Source: Selaginella moellendorffii
Lineage: Eukaryota > Plantae > Lycopodiophyta
NCBI RefSeq assembly: GCF_000143415.4
Contig: NW_003314314.1
Coordinates: forward strand, 439,771 to 503,770
Direction: 5' to 3'
Length of the DNA stretch: 64,000 nt
Below are positions 24,383-35,888 of the stretch, one piece after another. The position numbers and the translations under genes were made by a program. A model generated the notes under the pieces. That model did no database searches. It was not told the origin of the DNA and worked only from the letters and a program-made list of their open reading frames with translations. The first letter of the stretch is position 1, and each line of letters starts with the position of its first letter.

Positions 24383-25604
24383 CTAGCAGCGCCTTAGGAG
24401 CTGTATTTCTATTGTGAGCCCCGGGCCAAAGGAGAGCAACACGCCCCATTCGCCGCTACGCGAGCTCTGCCGTACGATTTCCTCGAGCACGAACAAGACT
24501 GTGGGGCTGGACATATTGCCGTACGATGCCAGTGTCTCCCTTGTCACGCGGAGCTTGTCACTGCGTAGCCCTAGCTTGGTTTCGATTTGATCCAGTATCG
24601 CTCGCCCTCCCGGATGGATCGCCCAGAAGAGATCATTCGGAGCCAAATCCCTCGTCTTGGAGGATGCCGCGAGCGCGCTGGGCAGCAATTCGCAGACGCT
24701 ACTGGAGATTAGGGCTGGGACGTGCTTGGAGAGAAAGTAGATCAATCCCTGCTCGCTTAGGGTAGCGGTGAGATCGTCCTCACTGTCTGGGACGAAGAAC
24801 TGGCCGGCCCAATGGAGCTCGAGGAGCTGCCCGGGGCTGGAATTGAGCTTGGGATCCCGGCAGCCCACCACGAGTGAAGCGGCGCCGTCACCCACGATGG
24901 CGGAGCCAACAAGCCTGTCGGGATGCTTCTCGTTGGGCGGCCGGAATGTGAAGGCCCCAACTTCGCTGCACACGATGAGGACACGTGTCGAGATTCCGCC
25001 GCTCTCCGCCATCTCCTTGGCGATTCTGAGAGCGGTTCCGCCGGCGTAACAGCCTACCTGATTGAGCATCAATCGACGGACGTCGTGGCGGAGGCCCAGA
25101 ATCTTGGCGATGGCCAGGTCAGGGCCGGGCATGCGGATGCCGTTGGATGTGGCCACGATCAGGTGGGTGATTTCCGCCGCGGAATGTCCACCTTCCTGGA
25201 GAGCTTTCTTGGCGGCCCGGGCGCCTAATGCGGCCACTTCGGCATTGGCGATGGATTGCCTGGCCAGAAGAGAGGATGTCTCGCTGCTATCTTTGCAAAG
25301 CTCTGGATTTCCCGCGAGGATCGATTCGGTGAGATGGAGGTGGCGCTTCTGGATTCCCGACTTGTCACCTATGAATTCGAAGAACAACACAAATGTTGGA
25401 TGGATACCACATTTCTCAATTGGCGCAGGAAAACTACTCACAGATCCTCTTGAATTTCTCCTTGAGCTCCACCAGATTCTCTGACTCTGTGATCCGGAAG
25501 AAGAAATCCGGGTACTCGCTCTGCAGCACGAATTCCTCTGGAGTAGCGGTGCCAATTGCGAGAATCGTCGCGACACAATGGTTGACATCTTCTTTTTCAA
25601 TCAT
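24383..25604 (-). CDS. Type III polyketide synthase (CHS superfamily, non-CHS active site)
   Basis: ILAIGTATP; conserved intron splitting the KRIC Cys codon (25369-25441); triad [18 protein letters not shown]; [13 protein letters not shown]. Confidence 0.96.
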
Positions 25605-26058
25605 CGTCGCAAGGCATGATCGATCAATCCTCAGAGAGAAATTGAAGAGAGGAGATATAAAGTCTAACAGCATAAGTATATTTATGTGCTAGCCTCCAAA
25701 TTTTCTATTAGGCCACGATGGGCACTTCTGAGATTCGACCCCACGACTGATTAGACACCACGGTTTCTTATTTGTCCACGTGGTGTTTTCTGATTAAAGA
25801 ATAAAAATTTGCGTGGCAAACTCTGATTGAGAGGATTCCGTGGGATTCTGTGGCTGTAAGGGTGGCCTTATTTGGGATCTTCTCTAGCGCCATAGCTTGG
25901 GGGATCTCGCGGTCGGGGACGGACTTGCTGCGTCATCGCATTGTCGCCGCGATCAATCCAGGTATCTTTGATCTGCTCGGATGTGATAGACGTCGGGATT
26001 CAGCTGTTAGAGCGATGCCGCGGTGACAAGAATCCCTCGTCTTCCTCGGAAATCCAGA

Positions 26059-26446
26059 ATGCAGTGTTACGGTTTCCTCCAGACGAGCTGCGTTTCGTGC
26101 CGCATTTTCAGTGATCAGACGCTTGTGGCGTTGAGATCGATCAATCCGCGGCAATGCGCTTGCCGGATCCAGTCCTCGCGGATTATGCTATCTCGCACGC
26201 GCGATGATTTATTTTTGTCCAAGATGTTTGGAGCCAGCCCCAATTCCAGGAGGCTTAAAGATTCCGGAAGAAAGAGAGCTACCATTTTTGTTCCACAGGC
26301 TGCTTCAGAGGTACTTAAAACTTTGCTCCTGGTCAGTTCTAACGATGATTTCTTTCTTTCTCTTTTACTGTTTGTGTTCTTTCTTTTTAGATCTCTCAAG
26401 ATTTCAATCTTGATGGTGGTGGCATTTTAAAGGTAAGCACGCAAAG

Positions 26447-26479
<33 letters not shown>

Positions 26480-29400
26480 TCTTTTCACCTCATTCCAGAT
26501 TAAAACGGGTGTGCAAAAGGATGGCGGCCCAGCTTATGTCGAGTTTCAAGTTCACAACACCCATACCACATCTCTCTTTCTTCACTGGGGCGCGCTTAAA
26601 GCAAATGATGGGTGAGTTCTGCCGTGTTTCGTTTTGCCTCGTTATGTTTCTCACATGTTTGCTGTGGGGTTCACGTGTAGAAAGTGGAGGCTTCCGTCGC
26701 ATCGACCACCTGGAACACGGGATTTCAATAATACTGCGTTGCAGTCGCCTTTTGTTACGGTGAGCCTAAACTTTGTGGCTGAGTCTGTTAAAGGAAGTTT
26801 TTGATCACCACTCGCAGTCTGGTGATGTCAATACGTTAAAGGTTGAAGTACCCGACAAAGAATTGAAGACGATCGAGTTTTTGTTGCGGGATGATGCGAC
26901 TGACAGATGGTGAAGCTCAGCAGACTTTAACGTTTTCTAAGGAAATCTACGTTCTGATTTGTGCAGGTTCAAGCTCAATGGCAAGAATTTCCGACTGGAC
27001 ATTCCTCACTCACAGGTATATATACCAGAAGACCTCATTGCCCTTCAAGCATTTATTAATTGGGAAAAAAAAGGGAAAAAAAACTACACACCTGAACAAG
27101 AGAAGGTAGATGAATGCCTCGTGCTTGTTTGGAAAATCAGCCGTAAAACATGCTCTGTTGATGTCAGTCAGAATACGAGGATGCGCGCAAGAAACTTCAG
27201 GAAGAGGTTGCTAATGGTGCAACTATCGAGAGTGTTCGAGCAAAGCTGAAGGGAAGCAACTCGGCTCCACCAAAACCGGCTTCAAGGGGATCCGGGGGCA
27301 GGATTTCAAGGAAGCAAAGAGATTTTGGAGAGCTTATTAACAAGTATACAGGTAAAACTGAAGAGAGTACACCTGTATCTGCAACACCTCGAGAAACTAG
27401 TAAATTGGAGTCGGCATTGTCACAAATGGCGGAAGAAGCGGGTGATGCTGTTCTTTTCAAAAAAGTATTTAAGCTGGGCAACAAAGAGCTTATGGTAAGG
27501 TCGTCAAGTTTTCCTTACCTTGTTATTGATGAGAAAATTGTGGTGCATGTAGAATAGACTATTGCGACCAAGGTTGATGGAAATGTTCGTGTGACCATTG
27601 CGACTGACTTTGAGGAGCCTGTGGCTATTCACTGGTCATTATCGCAAGATAATCCAAGAGAGTGGAAGGTAAAACTTTTGCCAGATTTCAAGTTACCTTC
27701 TGGGTAAATGCAGAGGCCGCCAGCAGAGTTGCATCCTCCTGGATCTGAGGACATGAAAGAAGCAGTAGATTCGCCTTGCGAAGGAGAATTTGGCGGTGAC
27801 ACATCTTTGCAGGTAATGCAGCATTTGTTTTGTTCCTTAATAAGTTTGCTCAATCGTCAATTTTTGCTCACTCTTGTGTTATAGTCCTTGGAAATCGATC
27901 TTGGGAAAGGAAAATTCCTTGGAATGCCGTTCGTTGTAAGAGCGGGAAGCAACTGGATTAAACTTAATGATTCGGACTTCTATATCCCTCTTCAACCATC
28001 CGAGAAGAAGGAAGCAAAGGTAGCTTTGTACATCGTAATTTTAATCCTGAAAGCTAGTGTTCTTTCTTTATTCCAGGGAAATCTAGATGGTTCAGGCACT
28101 GCGAAGTGGTTGCTAGATGAGATGGCCAGCTTGGAAAGTGAGGCGGAACGTTCGCTGATGCACAGGTTCTATCCTCCGCTTTCGAAGTTTTTGCTGTTCA
28201 TAATTTTTATAGTTTCCTATAGGTACAATATAATGGCAGATTTGTTGCAGCGCTCAAAAGATGGCGGAGAACTTGTAATTGCGGGATTTCTTGTTTGGCT
28301 GCGTTACATGGCCATGCGCCAACTGACTTGGAATAAAAACTACAATGTGAAACCTCGGTTAGTACACAATTTCCAAATAACAATATGCTTATGCACTATA
28401 TAATTGGCTGCAGTGAAATCAGCGCTGCTCAAGACCGACTAACAGACTTACTTCAGGCAATCTACGTGGAGCAGCCCCATAATCGGGAGCTTGTCCGACT
28501 AACTTTAAGCACCGTCGGAAGAGGTGCACAAGGGGACGTTGGCCAACGGATTCGGGATGAAATATTAGTTATACAGGTAGAGTTGATATTGTCTTTGTTT
28601 GCGTGCTGAAATAGTCTAAAAATGCAGCGGAATAACGATTGCAAAGGCGGTATGATGGAAGAATGGCATCAAAAGTTGCACAATAATACTAGTCCTGACG
28701 ATGTTGTTATTTGCCAGGTAAGTGCCTTATCAGAAAAAACTTATATGTTTGAACAACGAATTTTTTCTGTAGGCTCTCTTGGACTACATCTCAAGTGATT
28801 TTAATATTGATGTGTACTGGAAAACCTTGAACGACAACGGAGTCACAAAAGAACGTCTGGCAAGCTACGACCGACCGATTGTCTCAGAACCAAGGCTAAG
28901 ACGAGACCAAAAGGATGGTTTACTTCGAGACTTGAAAGCGTATATGAGAAGTTTGAAGGTACGTTGCAGGCTGCATTTGAGTAGCTACCTGATTCCGTTT
29001 TTACTGTGTAGGCGGTTCACTCAGGTGCAGATCTAGAGTCCGCCATCTCAACATGCATGGGTTACTCTTCAGAGGTAATAGCTCTGTGTGCTCTCATTTT
29101 GATTGGCTTATTTCTTGAAACAGGGACACGACTTCATGAAAACAATTGATGTGCATCCCATTAGTGGTCTGTCCCCAGCGTTGCCGGTAATAATCATGAG
29201 TTTTCTTCGTTTCTGGTTGATTCACTCACGTGGATTCGCTCCAGGAACTGTTAAGGTTTGTCATGCAACATGTTGAAGACAGGGACGTGCTTCCACTTCT
29301 TGAGGTTCGTCTTTCCTGTAAGGAGCGGTGTTAGGATCATGTTTCTGTGCAGGGTTTATTGGAATCCCGAAGGGAGTTACTCCCAACTCTTCAGAAACCT

Positions 29401-31983
29401 CATAACAGGTTAAAAGATATCATTTTTTTGGACCTTGCTTTGGACTCCACGGTGCGGACTGCAGTAGAAAGAGGCTTGGAAGGATTGAGTAAAGCGAGCC
29501 CCTCTGTAAGCCAGCTCTAAAATGCACTCATTTATTTTCCCTCGCTAAACATCTTTCAAACATTTTCAGGATATGATGCTCATAATTTGTCTTGTTCTGG
29601 AAAACTTGTGTCTGTCAAGCGATAGCAATGAAGAGCTCGTTTACTGTTTAAAGGTAGAGGCTTTACTTTATGAAAAAATGTCCTCTAACAGCTTCCCTTT
29701 GCAGGATTGGTACAATATCATCAAGCTTTGCAACTCTAAAGCCGAAAACTGGGCGTTACAAGCGAAATCAGTTCTTGATCGCACTCGTCTTGTTCTTGGT
29801 GATAAAGTAGAGCATTATCAAAAGGTTTTGCAGCCGACAGCTGAGTATCTTGGTATTTCATTTGGCGTCGAACAATGGGCCGTATGTACTTACTTTTATG
29901 CTAACTCCTGATCAAAATGTTGGAATGTTGTTTCTGTGTCAGATGGAAATTTTTACAGAGGAGATGATACGAGCGGGCTCAGCCGCGTCTCTCTCTGTTC
30001 TTCTCAATCGATTAGATCCGGTTTTGCGTAGTACAGCGCATTTAGGAAGGTGTGTTTTTGTTTCTTTCTATGCATGTTTGTCTTACAATTTTTTTTCCAT
30101 ACAGTTGGCAAGTTATTAGTCCAGTAAATGTTCAAGGTTTTGTCTCGGTAGTACATGAGCTCGGTGACGTGCAAGATAAAGTTTATGATAAGCCGACAAT
30201 ACTGATATCCGGAAGAGTCAAAGGGGAGGAAGAGATTCCTGATGGCGCAGTTGCAGTTTTAACTCCTGATATGCCTGACGTGCTCTCTCATGTATCTGTG
30301 CGTGCACGAAACAGCAAGGTAAATGCCAGAGTTTCAGGATGCTTCAAAAGTCACTCTGATTTTTCGCTTATGATAGGTCTTATTCGCGACATGTTTCGAT
30401 CCTAACATTTTAACGGACCTGCGTTCGTTGGAAGGCAAAGCTTTAAAGCTGCAGCTCACTGCGTCTTCTGAGATCGTGTACAGGTAGTACGAATGACAAG
30501 GCTCTTTTTCTTACGTTGGTTTTGCCATAGTAAGGTGAGCGACACGGAGTTGTCAGGCGACGTTGCTGCAGCAGTGGAGGAGGAACCCCCGCACATTGTG
30601 TTGAAAACCAAGAGATTCATGGGAAAGTACGCGGTCACGGCCGATGAATTCACGCCTGAGCTGGTAAAGTAGGATCCATTTCTGTGTTCGTTGTTGACAG
30701 CATTTAGAAACAGGTCGGCGCTAAATCTTTGAACACTGCAAACCTGCGAGGGAAACTTCCTTCGTGGATAAAACTTCCAACTTATGTTGCGTTGCCATTT
30801 GGAGTTTTCGAGGAAGTGCTTTCAAACAGTATCAACAAGGTACTGGTCCGCTCTAATATTTTTCAGGTTGACGCTTTCTTTTGCCTCGTTGCAGGAGGTT
30901 TCCGCAGAAGTTGAGCGGCTTAAAAAGCCGCTGCTCGGCGGTGATTTGAGCAAACTCAAAGAAATTCGCGACACTATTTTGAAGCTCAAGGCTCCACCGG
31001 AACTGGTAAAGTCGGCTGCCACGACACTTATACTAAAGTTCTTGACTCTTTTGTTTCGAACAGGTTGAGGAGCTGAAAACTACAATGATCAATTTCAACA
31101 TGCCATGGCCGGGTAACGAAGGCGAGCATAGATGGGAGCAGGCGTGGATGGCCATCAGACGAGTATGTCCCCTCTCTCCTTTTGTTCTTTTCCTCTCGTG
31201 CTGAAGCGTTGGTCAAACAGGTGTGGGCGTCGAAATGGAACGAAAGGGCCTTTATCAGCACTCGCAAGGCAAAGATAGATCACGAACATCTTCGCATGGC
31301 AGTGTTAGTTCAGCAGATTATCTGCGCGGACTATGCCTTTGTCATCCACACTACGAATCCTTCGAATGGGAATGCCTCGGAAATCTACGCAGAGGTAAGG
31401 AAACCAAGCTTGTTTTTCATGTTTTTTAGAAAAAAAACTTGTTTCCAGGTCGTCAAGGGATTGGGAGAGACATTGGTTGGCGCATACCAAGGCCGTGCGT
31501 TGAGTTTTGTCACGCAGAAATCAGACTTGAAAAACCCAAAGGTAACTGAAGTTTCTCGTCTTTTCTCTTGGTAAAGCTTGCATTGCATTCTCTGTTGGAG
31601 CAGATCTTAGGATTTCCCAGCAAGCGACATGGCTTGTTCATCAAGCCTTCGGTGATTTTTCGCTCCGATTCCAATGGAGAGGATCTGGAAGGCTATGCCG
31701 GAGCTGGTTTATACGACAGGTAACTTCGCATTTCCTTTTCCATTGAAGAGCAAAGCTAAAGCCATGATCAAACAACAGCGTTCCAATGGATCGAGAAGAA
31801 GAGCGAGTGGTGGACTACTCCACGGACAAGTTACTCCTGGATGCGAGTTTCCAGAAGACGATTCTATCCAACATCGCTAGCGCCGGAGCCGAGATCGAGA
31901 GAGTCTATGGAACTCCTCAAGATATAGAAGGGTGTATCAAAGATGGAGAGCTCTACGTTGTCCAAACGAGACCTCAAATGTAA
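26059..31983 (+). CDS. GWD1: Alpha-glucan water dikinase, about 30 exons
   Basis: QLTWNKNYNVKPREIS, GQRIRDEILVIQRNNDCKGGMMEEWHQKLHNNTSPDD, phospho-His LSHVSVRARN, RSDSNGEDLEGYAGAGLYDS, VVQTRPQM*; start tentative. Confidence 0.95.
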
Positions 31984-32143
31984 GAGTAGAAATTGAAAGT
32001 TAAGAGTTTACTACGGCGTGGTAAAACGTGAGACCGCCAAGTAACTAAAAGGACGGTACGGTATCGTGAAAGCCAGGCGCGTGAGAGAGAAGAGAGCTAG
32101 GCTAGAATTTGCGGGAGAGAGCGAGAGCGCGGGAGGGACAGCG

Positions 32144-33074
32144 ATGGCGCAAGCAATGGAGCTGCCGGCGATGCCAGCGGAGGCGAAGCTCTTCGGCAAG
32201 TGGAGCTATGGCGATCTTGCGGAGGTTTTGTGGAATTTCTTGCTTCTTGCTGCCGCCGGTCGATCGATCGATCGATCGATCGATCTGATGATCTGCATTG
32301 TTTCTTGCTCGATCGCAGATCGAAGACATGAGCCTCGAGGACTACATCGCCGTGAATGGCCACAAAGTGGGAAGCTTTGTCCCTTGCACCGCCGGGCGCT
32401 ACTCGAGGAAGCGATTCAAGAAGGGGCGGTGCCCGATCGTGGAGAGGTGCGTGCTCGAAATCTCCCTCGGTCTTGGCAAGATTTCTCTCGATCGATCAAG
32501 TCAAGCGATGTTCTTGATCTCTCTGTGTCTGATCGCCAGGCTCGTCAACGCGCTCATGTTCCACGGCCGCAACAGCGGAAAGAAGGTCATGGCGGTGAGG
32601 ATCGTCAAGTACGCGATGGAGATTATCCATCTCCTCACGGATGAGAACCCGATCAAAGTGGTCCTGGACGCCATCCAGCACTGGTATGGCACGCGCATTT
32701 CTTGGATAGGAATTCTTTTTGGTGTGCCTGATCGATCTTTCCAGCGCTCCTCGCGAGGAGTCGGTGAGCCTGGTGACGAGAGGCGTCGCCAGGCGCAGCT
32801 CCGTGGACACGTCGCCGCTGAGGAGGGTGAATCAAGCCCTGGCCTTCATCGCCACCGGCACGAGGGAGAGCGCATTCAAGACCGCCAAGCCCATCGCCGA
32901 GTGTCTGGCGGACGAGCTCATCAACGCCGCCAAAGGATCGTCCAACAGGTGAAAGAGATGAGAGATTCAAAGCCTCCTCCTTTTCTTCTTGTTCGACTGA
33001 GGGCGATCTTTGCTTGCAGCTATGCGGTGAGGAGGAAGGATGAGATCGAGCGCGTCGCCAAAACCATGCGATGA
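32144..33074 (+). CDS. RPS5: Divergent 40S ribosomal protein uS7 (RPS5) paralog, 5 exons
   Basis: Exons 32144-32224, 32319-32446, 32540-32683, 32745-32948, 33020-33074 join in frame; [59 protein letters not shown]. Confidence 0.93.
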
Positions 33075-35234
33075 GTGGAAGCTCGATTCAAGGTCTTTGA
33101 TTTCGTTTCGTTTCGTTTCGCTGGTTTGGCTTTGTTCGCTTGACTTATATTACCAAGAGGGGTGAAATGATATTCTGGATAGCCTATGTTCTATTTTCCC
33201 GTTAAAACTCATTCTGATTTGCAACGTGGCGAAAGGATGTGCCAAAAAGATTTCTAAGTATGAAAATTGTGTTCTTTGGGTGCTTTTGGCGCGATCGCGC
33301 CTTCAAAGAGATAAAAGTAAGGGCCTCCCAAGGTGGTGCTTGAGCAAAGCCCTGGCTGTGTTCTTGGATAAAATGTGGAAGTGTGAGGATGGTTACATGG
33401 TTTTCAGCGCCGTGGAAGCTTTGGCTGGCGGATGGGAAGTGGCCGCGGTAGGGAAATTGGAAGCGGTGCGGCAGTGGCGGTGGTGGCGGGGTGGCAAAAA
33501 AGATCTCCATCCCTGAGCGACCAGGAGATGATCCGGCTGCATGGCGAGGTGATCCGGGCGGAGGGCGTGCTGAGATTCTAGTGGACCGGGAGCAGGCGGT
33601 GTCGCCAGAGCCACTGAGGATGAAAATGCGTGAGGGATCATCAAGATCTCACGGAGACTTAGAATTCTTTTACTGTCTCGCCACATCATCAAGTCCTTTT
33701 TGCCACGCGGGCTTCCACGTTGCAAGTCCTTATACATGTTTTCTAAAGCTTAACGAGTCTTTATACATGTTTTCGAAAGCTTGGAAATCTGTCTAGATTG
33801 CAACATAATTATGGTTTGAAATCTGGTTTGATCAAGGTAAAACTTAATCACTGAAATTCACTGAAAATTAGGCATCCAAATATCTCTTGGAAATTTATTT
33901 GCTTTTGCATATGCCTTCAAGACAAAAAACATATTTTATTATATTTTAAATAGTTACTAATAAATAAGAATCAAATTCATACCATTTGCTTTAATACCAC
34001 ACTCTATTTCTCCCTTTAAACGATCTAAAAAAATCAGGCAATTAATACCTATTTGATCCTTATATATCCTAAGATTCCCAAGATTTCAAAGATTCATATC
34101 TAAATTTTATGGTATATGGAAAGCATCAATGGCAAGAAAGTGGAGAGTCTTGTTGTTCCTAACTGCCACTCAATAAAAAGAATTCGTCAATATTTGCTAG
34201 GATTTCAAAAGTTTTTTTAATCAATATTTATCTTCTAAAAAATGCATTAAATTCTCAATTTCTCTATTTTTTTGATGCACATGCCAAAAGTGAAACAAAT
34301 CATCATAAATGCTAACAATATTTTCTAACTCACAGATCATATTATATCATACATAATATTTTAACAGTTGACTAAATTTTATGTCATATATACTACACTT
34401 ATTTAGTTTTTGACTAAATTAAGTAGAATATAATAGATTTAAAAGAATTCAAAGTTATTATCTGTGATTATAATATAAATAGTTATAAACAAAGTATAAA
34501 TCATGAAAGGAAAGTTTTTTAGCAATGCTTTGCTCTAGTGTTTAGGATTGTGCTTTTTTGTTCTTATTTCTTCATTCTTTTTTAGATTTAGATCTATATT
34601 AATGTTTTGCAAAATCTAGAATTTTAGCTATCATTGTGCTTAGATTTGCTCTTTCTTTTGATTTTCATTGCATGCTTTTCTTCTATCATGCCACGCCGTC
34701 ATCAATCAAGGAATATGTCACTTGAGGTTACTATTGTTACTTTATTGGATCAAACTTTTTGTGTTATGGGATGTGATTATGTTGGTGTTGTGCCTATTCT
34801 TGATATGTTGCTGTCTCCAACTTCCATGGGACATGATTACATAGTTTGTCTTGTTCTCGGTGTTCTACCATTTTCTATTGATGTAGAGTGTGATCGTGAC
34901 ATTGATTAGTAAATTATAGATGATGTAGTTTAATTGTTGAAGAATGTTTAAGGATTAAATTTATAGGAAGACAATGTATACAAGCTTGAGTGGATTCTAG
35001 AGTGTGATGATGAGCTTGATTATTATGGAGATAGCTTTGGAGTTGAAGTGGAAATTTCACGGGATAGGTGTCAATTTTTCAATCTGCCATCTGATCATTT
35101 TTCTTTCCCTTCTGCTCTTTCCTAACCTTTTCTTATTTCTCGGTCTGAGCCACCTTCTTATATTCTTAATATTTTTTTTATCATTTGCAGTGTTTTCTTT
35201 TTCTAGCACATCAATTATTTGTGATTTTCATTTT

Positions 35235-35645
35235 TAGTCTAGTGTTAAGTTGAGTATTTTCTATCCTCCTCATACTAATTTGGATGTTAAGTGTGTCCAT
35301 AAAGTTGAGAATCTTGCTTTTGTTTCATTAGCAAAGTTTTTGATTAGTTCTAGTGTTGAGATTTGGATGTTGAGTGTGTCCATGAAGTTGAAAAACTTGC
35401 TTTTGTTTCATTGGTAAAGTTTTTGATTAGTTCTGATGTTAAATATTCCCCTGCTTTTGTTTCATTGGCAGAGTTTTTGATTAGTTCTGATGTTAAATAT
35501 TCCCTTGCTTTTGTTTCATTGGCAAAGTTTTTGATCAATTCTAGTGTTGAGATTTGGATGTTGAGTGTGTCCATGAAGTTAAGAATCTTACTTTTGTTTC
35601 ATTGGTAGAGTTTTTGATTAATTTTAGTGTTGAGTATTCCCCTGT
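35235..35645. repeat. Degenerate tandem repeats (about 54 and 84 bp units) in decayed AT-rich DNA
   Basis: Repeated cttttgtttcattggcaaagtttttgattagttc; minus frame reads ELIKN(F/S)ANETKAxEYLTS repeatedly. Confidence 0.85.
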
Positions 35646-35694
35646 TCCAAGGGTTAAATTGCTTTGGCTAGAGTTTCAAGTTGAATATATATTC

Positions 35695-35888
35695 TGTAAG
35701 CTCTTGAGTTTGGATTTCCCGGGAGGTCACCCAACCCAATACTATTCAAACCCAAGGACGCGTAACCCTAAATATCTAAAACTCTTAATTGATTAAGAAA
35801 AGGGATGCACTTTTGTTTATGGGCCCTTTCCCTTTATATTTGAACTCTTATGGATTGTTTCTCGAGTCATTCCCTTTGGTTACTTATA
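35695..35888 (-). mobile_element. Solo LTR with 5S rRNA-derived segment (Cassandra-like TRIM)
   Basis: TATTC flanks at 35690-35694 and 35889-35893; termini TGTAAG...CTTATA; 35712-35766 matches plant 5S rRNA 45/55 ungapped against a recalled sequence. Confidence 0.8.

Noticed and set aside
33226-33796. Short GC-rich ORFs after RPS5
   Set aside because: No consistent frame, splice structure or motif
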